NCBI GenBank assembly: GCA_016212525.1
Contig: JACRGD010000010.1
Location: forward strand, 527,860 to 591,859
Origin: Candidatus Micrarchaeota archaeon
GTDB taxonomy: Archaea; Micrarchaeota; Micrarchaeia; Anstonellales; Bilamarchaeaceae
Length of the DNA stretch: 64,000 nucleotides
Reading direction: 5' to 3'
Positions 57,328 through 64,000 of this stretch are shown here, piece by piece. The notes beneath the pieces are model-generated. The model saw only the letters and a program-made list of their open reading frames with translations. It ran no database searches and had not been told where the DNA came from. The translations under genes and the position numbers were made by a program. Numbering within the stretch: position 1 is the first letter of the stretch; the number at the start of each line of letters is the position of its first letter.

Positions 57328-58518
57328 ATGTACTTACCAAGAGAGATTGCCCAAAAGTTTGAGAAGGTAGAAGCTCATTATCCAATAACCGCAATCGTAG
57401 GGCCAAGACAGGCAGGCAAGACGACTTTCTTAAAAGAGCAAGGCAAAGGGAAAAAAACGCGATATGTTACATTGGATGATCCGGAAGTTCAGCAGATATT
57501 TGATCGAGACATCAAAAAGTTTGAACAGGCATATCTGGAAGGGAATGATATTACAATAATCGACGAAGTACATCAGGGTAAAGATGCAGGGCAAAAACTC
57601 AAGTATCTTGCAGATCAGCGACATCATCTCTGGATCAGTTCTTCATCCGAACTTCTCTTAGCTAAAGAAGTCTTATCCTGGCTAGTTGGCAGAGTTACAA
57701 TAATCGAATTATATCAATTTTCTCTTGAAGAATTTGTCGAAGCAACCCAAGATCCAGTCACTCCAGAAGCCCTATCTCGAAACATTTGGGAGCACATCTG
57801 TTATGGAGGGTATCCGAGAGTAGTGATAAGTTCGGATCAGGAGATCAAGAAAAACATGCTAAAAGATATCGGACAAACTCTGATCTTAAAAGACGTTGCA
57901 AGGACATTTCAAATACAGAACATCGTCGAACTAGAAAAAATGGCATATCTGGCTGCGCATTCGGTCGGAAGTATAATAAATCATCAGAAGATAGGTGCGG
58001 AAATAGGCCTATCTTTCGAAAGCACCAATAAATATTTAGATGCCATGGAAAAAAGTTATGTGATTAGACGAGTATATCCATTCTTCACAAACAAAGCCAA
58101 GGAGATAACCAAACAACCAAAACTCTATTTCATAGATACAGGATTAAGAAATTCCATAGCCAACGAGTTTAATTTAGAAGTCACTGGGCAAATGTTCGAA
58201 AATTATGTTCTTTGTGAATTGATAAAAGCAGGCTATCGAGTAAGATACTGGCGAACGAAAAATAAGGCAGAAGTGGATTTTGTAATTGAAAAAGAAGGAA
58301 AAATAATTCCGATAGAAGTAAAGCTTAAGCAAAATACACCGACAATAGAAAGAAGCTTTAGAGCATTTCTTGAAACATATAAAATAGAAAAAGGATATGT
58401 TGTTTATTATCAAGGTAATGAAGCGGAATTTTTGATCGGCAACACAAAAATAAAAGCTACAAATATTCGTAACCTGATTAAAGAATTGAAAGTAGCAAAA
58501 ATAGAAAAGATACAATGA
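57328..58518 (+). CDS. AAA-type ATPase with a DUF4143-like C-terminal domain
   Basis: GPRQAGKTT P-loop and IIDEV Walker B, with a C-terminal nuclease-like segment (AEVDFVIE...IPIEVK). TTTATAAAT (57297-57305) lies 22 nt upstream. Confidence 0.75.
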   Translation: MYLPREIAQKFEKVEAHYPITAIVGPRQAGKTTFLKEQGKGKKTRYVTLDDPEVQQIFDRDIKKFEQAYLEGNDITIIDEVHQGKDAGQKLKYLADQRHHLWISSSSELLLAKEVLSWLVGRVTIIELYQFSLEEFVEATQDPVTPEALSRNIWEHICYGGYPRVVISSDQEIKKNMLKDIGQTLILKDVARTFQIQNIVELEKMAYLAAHSVGSIINHQKIGAEIGLSFESTNKYLDAMEKSYVIRRVYPFFTNKAKEITKQPKLYFIDTGLRNSIANEFNLEVTGQMFENYVLCELIKAGYRVRYWRTKNKAEVDFVIEKEGKIIPIEVKLKQNTPTIERSFRAFLETYKIEKGYVVYYQGNEAEFLIGNTKIKATNIRNLIKELKVAKIEKIQ

Positions 58519-58998
58519 TTAGCGATGTCTTGGAGTCCGGGTTGGATGTGCCCGCGCGAGAGCAGCAGCTTCATGAGGAACAAGAAAATCATTCATTTGC
58601 TGCCAGATTGCCGCATAGATTTTATCTGCATGGGTTGGTGAGGTATGGTCTTGTGCAAAAGTTTCGTTTACCCGATTAGCAGTATCGGGGAATCTAAAGC
58701 GATCCAAAAGGCCCATAAAAACAGATGAATCAATAACCTGACCACTCGGCATACGAAGAGTATGCGTATGATAGTCTACACCATAAGAAAGGCGCTCTAG
58801 ACGCCTCGTGACCTCGGTTTGTGCCTGAGTTGGAGTGGGAAATGCATGAGTTCGGATTAATTCATCCCGGTAATCCAAAAACACCTGTGCCACTTCAGCT
58901 CGAAAGCGACGAAGATCGGCAACAGTGGGTGGTTGATAAACAGGTTCTTCGCGTCTTGATGGGGCCGGAGTCCGATATTGGAAAATCAACATAAACAA
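58519..58998 (-). CDS. Hypothetical protein, Lys-depleted (1 K in 159 aa)
   Basis: ORF with a TTG start at 58998. An ATG at 58992 is more likely. Confidence 0.5.
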   Translation of the reverse strand: MFMLIFQYRTPAPSRREEPVYQPPTVADLRRFRAEVAQVFLDYRDELIRTHAFPTPTQAQTEVTRRLERLSYGVDYHTHTLRMPSGQVIDSSVFMGLLDRFRFPDTANRVNETFAQDHTSPTHADKIYAAIWQQMNDFLVPHEAAALARAHPTRTPRHR

Positions 58999-59022
58999 TA
59001 TATTTCCAGAATCAATTTAATA

Positions 59023-59964
59023 TTATCTAAGAGGAGTCTGGACGAAAACACCCGCATAATAAGAGGGCAAATGAGTCCATCCACCAGTTTCCCAAAGCAC
59101 AGGATAACCCTCATTTTCGAGAAATAATTTCCAGTTCCTCTGGGGATCAGTAGAATCATAGCATCCTTCATAGCCACGATGATAAAAAGCCAAAAATTGA
59201 GCAGAAATAGGATATTTGCCATTAGTTAGGAGTTCGTTAAGATCAGTAAGAAAGGAAACGGCCTGAGTTGGTGAGAGACCCTGGATTCGCCAATCGTGAA
59301 GAGTTTCGTGTATGACATTTCTGCGTACAATATCAGGATCAGAAACACGAGAATTGAAGAAGAAAAAATTTGGGCCATCAGAATTGCAAACTTCGCCAAC
59401 ACCAGCGCCAGGATCAAGAGATCGTAAAAAACAGCCAATAACACCAGAACTCCTAAGAGACTGATCAGGATTGGAAGAATGATAAACAAGAAAATAATTA
59501 TCGGTAAATGCAGGCGCAAGAGTTTGGAGATTTAGTTCTGATAGTGTCGGTGCAATAAATCGATCAAAATAGACACGAAGCCGCAAGCGCTCCGAAGGGG
59601 GAATTGCGGATGGAGAATCGAAATTGGGAGAGCTCGAATTTGCAGCAGCGTAGAAAGCCGGATTGAAACCAAATTCAGTTTGTTCGTATCGATATTGTCC
59701 ACTGGAAATAGCAAGATGGAATGCAGGAATCCAGCGATAGGCCGGATCGAACCTAGGTGTAGGCGAAACGCGAGAAACAGGAACAATATTACGAGTGTGC
59801 TCAATAGATAGATGCACCGGATTGCCTGAAAGGGAAAGTGCAACAGCACAAAGAGCGAGTCTCTTCAATTTACCACAAAAGTAGATTAATTGAAACTCTT
59901 TAAAAGACCATGGGTCAAAATAGTTAATACCATGAAACCAAAAATTCTTCAAAGAGCCAAGCAC
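59023..59964 (-). CDS. Secreted HExxH-motif protein, Lys-poor
   Basis: VIHETLHDW contains HExxH. The probable start is TTG 59868, giving M-KRLALCAVALSLSG as a signal peptide and removing the overlap with the divergent ORF. Confidence 0.55.
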   Translation of the reverse strand: MLGSLKNFWFHGINYFDPWSFKEFQLIYFCGKLKRLALCAVALSLSGNPVHLSIEHTRNIVPVSRVSPTPRFDPAYRWIPAFHLAISSGQYRYEQTEFGFNPAFYAAANSSSPNFDSPSAIPPSERLRLRVYFDRFIAPTLSELNLQTLAPAFTDNYFLVYHSSNPDQSLRSSGVIGCFLRSLDPGAGVGEVCNSDGPNFFFFNSRVSDPDIVRRNVIHETLHDWRIQGLSPTQAVSFLTDLNELLTNGKYPISAQFLAFYHRGYEGCYDSTDPQRNWKLFLENEGYPVLWETGGWTHLPSYYAGVFVQTPLR

Positions 59965-60549
59965 TTATTCTCCAATGATCCAAATGAACCAAAATCAAAA
60001 ATACCAAGTCCGCTTAAGGCATATCTGCTATTAGACGATGCAGTGAACCGGGGAATCCATAGGACAGTGGAAAGACTAGGCGTCAAAAGTGATATGGCAA
60101 AACTGGTTTTGGGACTAGGAACAATGGCCAGCGTTGAGACGGGCACCCTTAGCATGTTCCCAACAAGCGAAGTCAATGCGGAAAGTCTGAGTATGATAAA
60201 CAGATTGATGGTCCATGGAGCCTTTGTCGGTGCGTTTTACTACGAAAGAGCCACAAGAACTCCAAGAGTGAATATCATGGATGCTCAAGTAGAAGAGACA
60301 AGATTGCTTGGATCCGTGATGAGAACTCTCGTAACTGGAGTAACCTTCATTGAAGCAATAACCTATAATTCAAGTCCATCATCAATAGCAAATCTGGCAA
60401 GCTGGGGCAGCTGGGCAATTGCCCTGCACCTGGTTAGTGGAGAGAGCGGAATTTTGAAAGGTGCAGTCGATAAGGTTAAAGCCCTTTTGAATGAGTTGCG
60501 CGAACTGAAACTCAAAATTCCAAAATCAGCTCAAAGCGAATCAGCCTAA
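59890..60549 (+). CDS. Hypothetical protein (start probably ATG 59932)
   Basis: 219-aa ORF with hydrophobic segments in the middle. No motif recognised. Confidence 0.45.
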   Translation: MKLFKRPWVKIVNTMKPKILQRAKHLFSNDPNEPKSKIPSPLKAYLLLDDAVNRGIHRTVERLGVKSDMAKLVLGLGTMASVETGTLSMFPTSEVNAESLSMINRLMVHGAFVGAFYYERATRTPRVNIMDAQVEETRLLGSVMRTLVTGVTFIEAITYNSSPSSIANLASWGSWAIALHLVSGESGILKGAVDKVKALLNELRELKLKIPKSAQSESA

Positions 60550-61326
60550 TTTACCAGGATATTTTTTATTTAGAAAATCTGCATTTCGAAGGATTACCTT
60601 GTGAACACCACTACCGTACTGCATGGCCTGTTTTTTCCTTTCTATTGCCAATTGAGGAACATTCAGAAGTCTTGAGGCCTGCCTTAGAATTCCCTTCTTG
60701 ATCTGACGGTTATCGAGCCGCTCAGAGATGGGAACGCTAAACATCAGGTTCGCAAGCTCGACATTATAGAAAGGGAATTTTGCTTCGATTCCAAAATGCT
60801 TGCAGATACGCTTAACATAAGCAATATCCCGATCGGGCAAGGTTTTGAATTCTTCTTTGAGCATTGATTCAACGTCCCTGCCTTCTTCATAGGCGCGATA
60901 ATATTTTTCATATCCAGCAAAGAGTTCTTCTGCACCCGAGCCAAACAAAAGTTTTTTGTATCCTGCTTTTGATGCCGCTTCTGCAACCAGATAAACTGGA
61001 ATGAGAATCTGGACGCTCAAAAGATCCATCGGCAAAAGCACATAGACTTTTTCGTAAGCCTCGAGGATTTGAGTTTCATCAACAATAAGCTCGGATAATT
61101 TTACGCCCAGTTCGTTGGCAACTTTGCGACTTGTTTGCAGGTCAGGACTACCTTCAACTCCCAAACTAAAGACTCCTAAGGGCTGATCCTTTAAGATAGA
61201 CAGTATGACAGTTGAATCTATTCCACCGGAAAAAGAGATTGCAGTCTTAGATGAATATGACTCAAGTATTGACTGCCTAAGGAGAGTTGCGATTTTAGAG
61301 AACATCGATAAATTGAGATATGACAC
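60541..61326 (-). CDS. Asparagine-synthase-like PP-loop ATP pyrophosphatase domain protein (no glutaminase domain)
   Basis: ISFSGGIDSTV (SGGxDS PP-loop). TTTATA (complement) lies about 20 nt upstream of the ATG. Confidence 0.7.
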   Translation of the reverse strand: MSYLNLSMFSKIATLLRQSILESYSSKTAISFSGGIDSTVILSILKDQPLGVFSLGVEGSPDLQTSRKVANELGVKLSELIVDETQILEAYEKVYVLLPMDLLSVQILIPVYLVAEAASKAGYKKLLFGSGAEELFAGYEKYYRAYEEGRDVESMLKEEFKTLPDRDIAYVKRICKHFGIEAKFPFYNVELANLMFSVPISERLDNRQIKKGILRQASRLLNVPQLAIERKKQAMQYGSGVHKVILRNADFLNKKYPGKLG

Positions 61327-61420
61327 TAATTAAAAATAGTATAAATAAGATAATCTAAGGCACTAAAGAATTAGCAAACAAAGACTTTTGCTTCACTTCG
61401 CGAGGATAAACCTCGCTCGT

Positions 61421-61434
61421 GGGCCTGTAGCTCA
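61421..61434 (+). repeat. Duplicate of the first 14 nt of the downstream tRNA (GGGCCTGTAGCTCA)
   Basis: Identical to 61489-61502. Hairpins lie at GCGAGG/CCTCGC (61399-61416), GCAGGT/ACCTGC (61438-61454) and ACACTC/GAGTGT (61468-61484). Confidence 0.8.
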
Positions 61435-61488
61435 CAAGCAGGTCTGAAACCTGCGAAGTTAACATTCACACTCCGTTGGAGTGTAAAT

Positions 61489-61639
61489 GGGCCTGTAGCT
61501 CAGCTTGGATTAGAGCGATGCTCTCCTAAGAGTTTCCAGTCTTGAGTTTCGCGTTTTCAGTAACGAAACTGGATGCGGAAAACAGAAAACCGGAAACTGG
61601 GGACGGCATAGGTCGGGGGTTCAAATCCCCCCGGGCCCG
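61489..61639 (+). tRNA. tRNA-Arg (CCU) with a 75-nt intron at 37/38 (61529-61603)
   Basis: The gene reads GGGCCTG-TA-GCTC/AGCTTGGATTA/GAGC-G-ATGCT-CTCCTA, then the intron, then C-GGCAT-AGGTC-GGGGG/TTCAAAT/CCCCC-CGGGCCC-G. The intron inner helix is AGUUUCC (61531-61537) paired with GGAAACU (61592-61598). Confidence 0.85.
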
Positions 61640-61649
61640 AAATTTCCAA

Positions 61650-62093
61650 TCAAACAGAAATTTGATTTAACCGGGCCAAGATAGTATCTCTTAGTTCGTC
61701 AGTTAAATCGAACGTGTATTGCGAACCCAGATTAGGATCGATACAATGCCTCATTGCATTAAGAAGAGCTAAGCGCGAGTTTGCAGGTGGGGAATTCGGA
61801 GTTATTGCATCAAAAACCTCCATTCTCATCTGAGCATACATCGAACGGAAATTACCAGCATGTGAGAGGTCATATATAGTCTGTAAAATAGCCTGTTGCT
61901 CCCGATCAGTAAAAGAAGGATTGGGGGAACGGAACTGAGCACTGGTAATGATCATTTGAAATTGCCGCTGCTCCGCTTCAGCCTGACCACGAATCACAAC
62001 AACACGGGCACCGAGTTGGTCAGAACGTCGTGGCACAGCACCAGTAAGAGCAGATTTCTCATCTTCTTCACGAATCATGCGAGTAGTAGACAT
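61650..62093 (-). CDS. Hypothetical protein, Lys-depleted (1 K in 147 aa)
   Basis: ORF. No motif recognised. Confidence 0.5.
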   Translation of the reverse strand: MSTTRMIREEDEKSALTGAVPRRSDQLGARVVVIRGQAEAEQRQFQMIITSAQFRSPNPSFTDREQQAILQTIYDLSHAGNFRSMYAQMRMEVFDAITPNSPPANSRLALLNAMRHCIDPNLGSQYTFDLTDELRDTILARLNQISV

Positions 62094-62146
62094 AGTACGA
62101 ATATAGGAAGAGAAACGATAAAAAGATTCTTTGAGAATTGTAAATC

Positions 62147-62662
62147 ATGTCCAAGGTAATGATGATAGTTGCACAGCAGGGATTTCGGGATGAGGAACTT
62201 TTTGTACCAAAACAGATTTTGGAGAAAGCAGGACACACCGTAAAAGTCGCAAGCCTGCTTCGATCAAAAGCCACCGGATCAAAAGGGGCAATAATCACCA
62301 CAGATATGGCAATTAGTGAGGCCAACCCGGATTATTTCGATTTGATAGTCGTTGTAGGTGGGCCCGGCTCGGCAGCACTCTCTGAAAACCAGACAGTCTT
62401 ATCATTCATGAATGCAGTAAATATAAAGAAAAAAAAGATTGCTGCGATTTGTCTTGGGCCTATGGCTCTTGCCAGATCGGGAGTGCTTGGAGGAGTCGAG
62501 GCAACAGTTTTCCCATCCGCAGAGGGCATAACCACACTTAAGAGTTCGGGCGCACTTTATACTTCTAAAAAAATAGTAGTTACTGACCGGATCATCACTG
62601 CAGACTCACCGGAAATGGCTCATGAATTTGGCGATTCTTTAGTCAGGATGTTGAAAAAATAA
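62147..62662 (+). CDS. DJ-1/PfpI family protein
   Basis: AAICLGPMALARSG nucleophile-elbow Cys, and the length and layout are typical of the family. Confidence 0.8.
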   Translation: MSKVMMIVAQQGFRDEELFVPKQILEKAGHTVKVASLLRSKATGSKGAIITTDMAISEANPDYFDLIVVVGGPGSAALSENQTVLSFMNAVNIKKKKIAAICLGPMALARSGVLGGVEATVFPSAEGITTLKSSGALYTSKKIVVTDRIITADSPEMAHEFGDSLVRMLKK

Positions 62663-62667
62663 GGAGA

Positions 62668-63345
62668 TTAGTCCGAGTACGGAATTAGTAGGGATCGAAT
62701 AGTCGCGATGGCAGGATTGTTCCAAAGCGATTTTACCGCACCATCAATATTCGCAACCGCCGCAAGAGGACCTGATTTTGGATCGGTCAAATTCACCATG
62801 AATTGAGTAAGGGCAGTATCCATTGAGCCAGCATGCTGATTACCAGTCTGAGTAAGTTGAGCAAAGAGCTGTTTTTGAGCATTCGTCAGCGCAAAAAGTG
62901 CATCGGAAGCTTCCACTCCAGCCTGAACTTTAGAGTAATCAGGGACAGTTGCACATGCAGTAAGCGCTGCAGGAAGAGAAGAGTTAAGCGCCACTAATAT
63001 AGATGGATCGAAGCCAGACTTATCAGATTGAAGATTTATTGCATATTCACGACTATCCGGAGTCACTTTAGCACGAATAACCGCTCCGAGAATTTTAGCG
63101 CCAGGAACAGGAGACAATGATAGTTTAGCAGTAATCCTAACCTGACCATTTAATTCTTCAGCTAAAACAGATGTCGATGAGCGCCATCCAGTCGTAGTTG
63201 TACATCTTAGATGAGTCATTTTGGCACCATCAAGAGTAGCAGCTGAAGCAGGAGCATCAGAATACCCCAATCGAGCCAGAGTATCTTTTAGAGTAGCAAA
63301 ATCAGCAGAAGGAATCCGAACCATTCGTTTTTGAGCAGTAATCAT
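62668..63345 (-). CDS. Hypothetical protein
   Basis: 225-aa ORF. TTTATAAAT (63369-63377) lies 24-32 nt upstream of the start. Confidence 0.5.
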   Translation of the reverse strand: MITAQKRMVRIPSADFATLKDTLARLGYSDAPASAATLDGAKMTHLRCTTTTGWRSSTSVLAEELNGQVRITAKLSLSPVPGAKILGAVIRAKVTPDSREYAINLQSDKSGFDPSILVALNSSLPAALTACATVPDYSKVQAGVEASDALFALTNAQKQLFAQLTQTGNQHAGSMDTALTQFMVNLTDPKSGPLAAVANIDGAVKSLWNNPAIATIRSLLIPYSD

Positions 63346-63368
63346 GTGTCAATAAACGATAGAAACTG

Positions 63369-63377
63369 TTTATAAAT
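63369..63377. promoter_or_regulatory. Archaeal TATA box TTTATAAAT between divergent genes (starts at 63345 on minus and 63424 on plus)
   Basis: Read directly. Confidence 0.55.
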
Positions 63378-63423
63378 GTGATGAAAAGTATCAATAAAAG
63401 GATTACCATAGAACATCATACGC

Positions 63424-64000
63424 ATGCACAGACCGCTCGGAGAGGCACTAAAGCAAATTTATGTTCCTCCCAAAAGACCGATTATCGAGGACGCACATAA
63501 TCCGAGAGAACGTGTATCAAAAATTGCCAGAGGGCTGTGCGAACTTGGATTTAGACCAACTGCAGTCCGAGTGCTGGCAACACACGGATTAATTGAAGAA
63601 GCAGCTCAGGTTACAGATAGCACGCCTCCTGGATTTTCTTCAAAATACTCAAGAGCTCTTTTACTCTCAATCGCAAGACCCAATGAAGCGTCCGAATTAA
63701 TGATGCGAACTCTGGAAGATCCGCCATTTGAAACATTTCTTGCAGCTACAATAATTGCACAGACAAACCCGGACGCAGCATACGCACGAGCAAGGCGATT
63801 TGTAAAAGATCGAAATAGAAAATGGGAAAACTTAGAGGTCGGAAGAAAATGGGGCAGGACTTGGGACGAGGAATTAGCATATTATAAATTCAAACTAGGT
63901 TATCTGGCCGAAGACTCGAAAATAATAGATGCGGCAGGAGCAATAATCAGGAAACAATACGACGAAAAACGGGCCAATGGAGAATACCTGGTCAGATTCG
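63424..64000 (+). CDS. Hypothetical protein, 5' part (runs off the right edge of the window)
   Basis: My own translation from ATG 63424 gives MHRPLGEALKQIYVPPKRP...RANGEYLVRF with no stop before the window end. It is not in the ORF track because it is open-ended. Confidence 0.45.
   Translation, partial: MHRPLGEALKQIYVPPKRPIIEDAHNPRERVSKIARGLCELGFRPTAVRVLATHGLIEEAAQVTDSTPPGFSSKYSRALLLSIARPNEASELMMRTLEDPPFETFLAATIIAQTNPDAAYARARRFVKDRNRKWENLEVGRKWGRTWDEELAYYKFKLGYLAEDSKIIDAAGAIIRKQYDEKRANGEYLVRF

Noticed and set aside
55444-61603. C/D-box sRNAs embedded in the tRNA insertions, as in the haloarchaeal tRNA-Trp intron
   Set aside because: CUGA-like D boxes are present, but I found no RUGAUGA C box in any of the three insertions.
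1-64000. CRISPR arrays, rRNA genes, transposases or IS elements, and reverse-transcriptase/DGR cassettes
   Set aside because: I found no regularly spaced repeats, no rRNA-like segments, and no DDE, tyrosine- or serine-recombinase or RT motifs in any long ORF.

Overview
The window looks like a chromosomal fragment of a small-genome archaeon, possibly DPANN-like. Evidence: purP, a CTP-type riboflavin kinase with an N-terminal HTH domain, an ATP-dependent DNA ligase, a RecJ/GAN-like DHH protein, BHB-intron tRNAs, and TTTATAAA TATA boxes with mostly leaderless starts. About 70 densely packed ORFs sit on both strands, plus 3 tRNA genes. I saw no rRNA, CRISPR array, transposase or integrase.

Recognisable housekeeping genes:
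- Cell division and DNA: ftsZ (partial), lig, a RecJ-like DHH protein.
- Nucleotide and cofactor metabolism: pyrD, pyrK, purP, folC, folD, ribK.
- Central and lipid metabolism: gap, a geranylgeranyl reductase plus ferredoxin, uppS.
- Others: a TrxR-like flavoprotein, pepA, a YhhQ-type transporter, DJ-1/PfpI, an SDR epimerase, a HemK-like methylase, and a VapBC-like pair.

Main observations:
1. uppS is interrupted by exactly 35 nt. These fold with their flanks into a canonical helix-bulge-helix-bulge-helix motif, and the predicted cleavage sites restore the conserved DGNRRWA motif in frame. This is a candidate endonuclease-spliced intron in a protein-coding gene.
2. Lys-rich housekeeping genes are interspersed with Lys-depleted, Arg-rich ORFans. 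One is a 694-aa ORF with no Lys and no Cys and three internal repeats.
3. Two tRNA genes carry large insertions. tRNA-Ile(UAU) spans 206 nt, with a 43-nt anticodon intron and a 95-nt T-arm insertion. tRNA-Arg(CCU) has a 75-nt intron and an upstream duplicate of its first 14 nt.
4. Several secreted proteins have lipobox-like signals, including Cys-rich repeat, HExxH and beta-propeller proteins.

All functional calls come from motifs I read by eye. No database search was possible.
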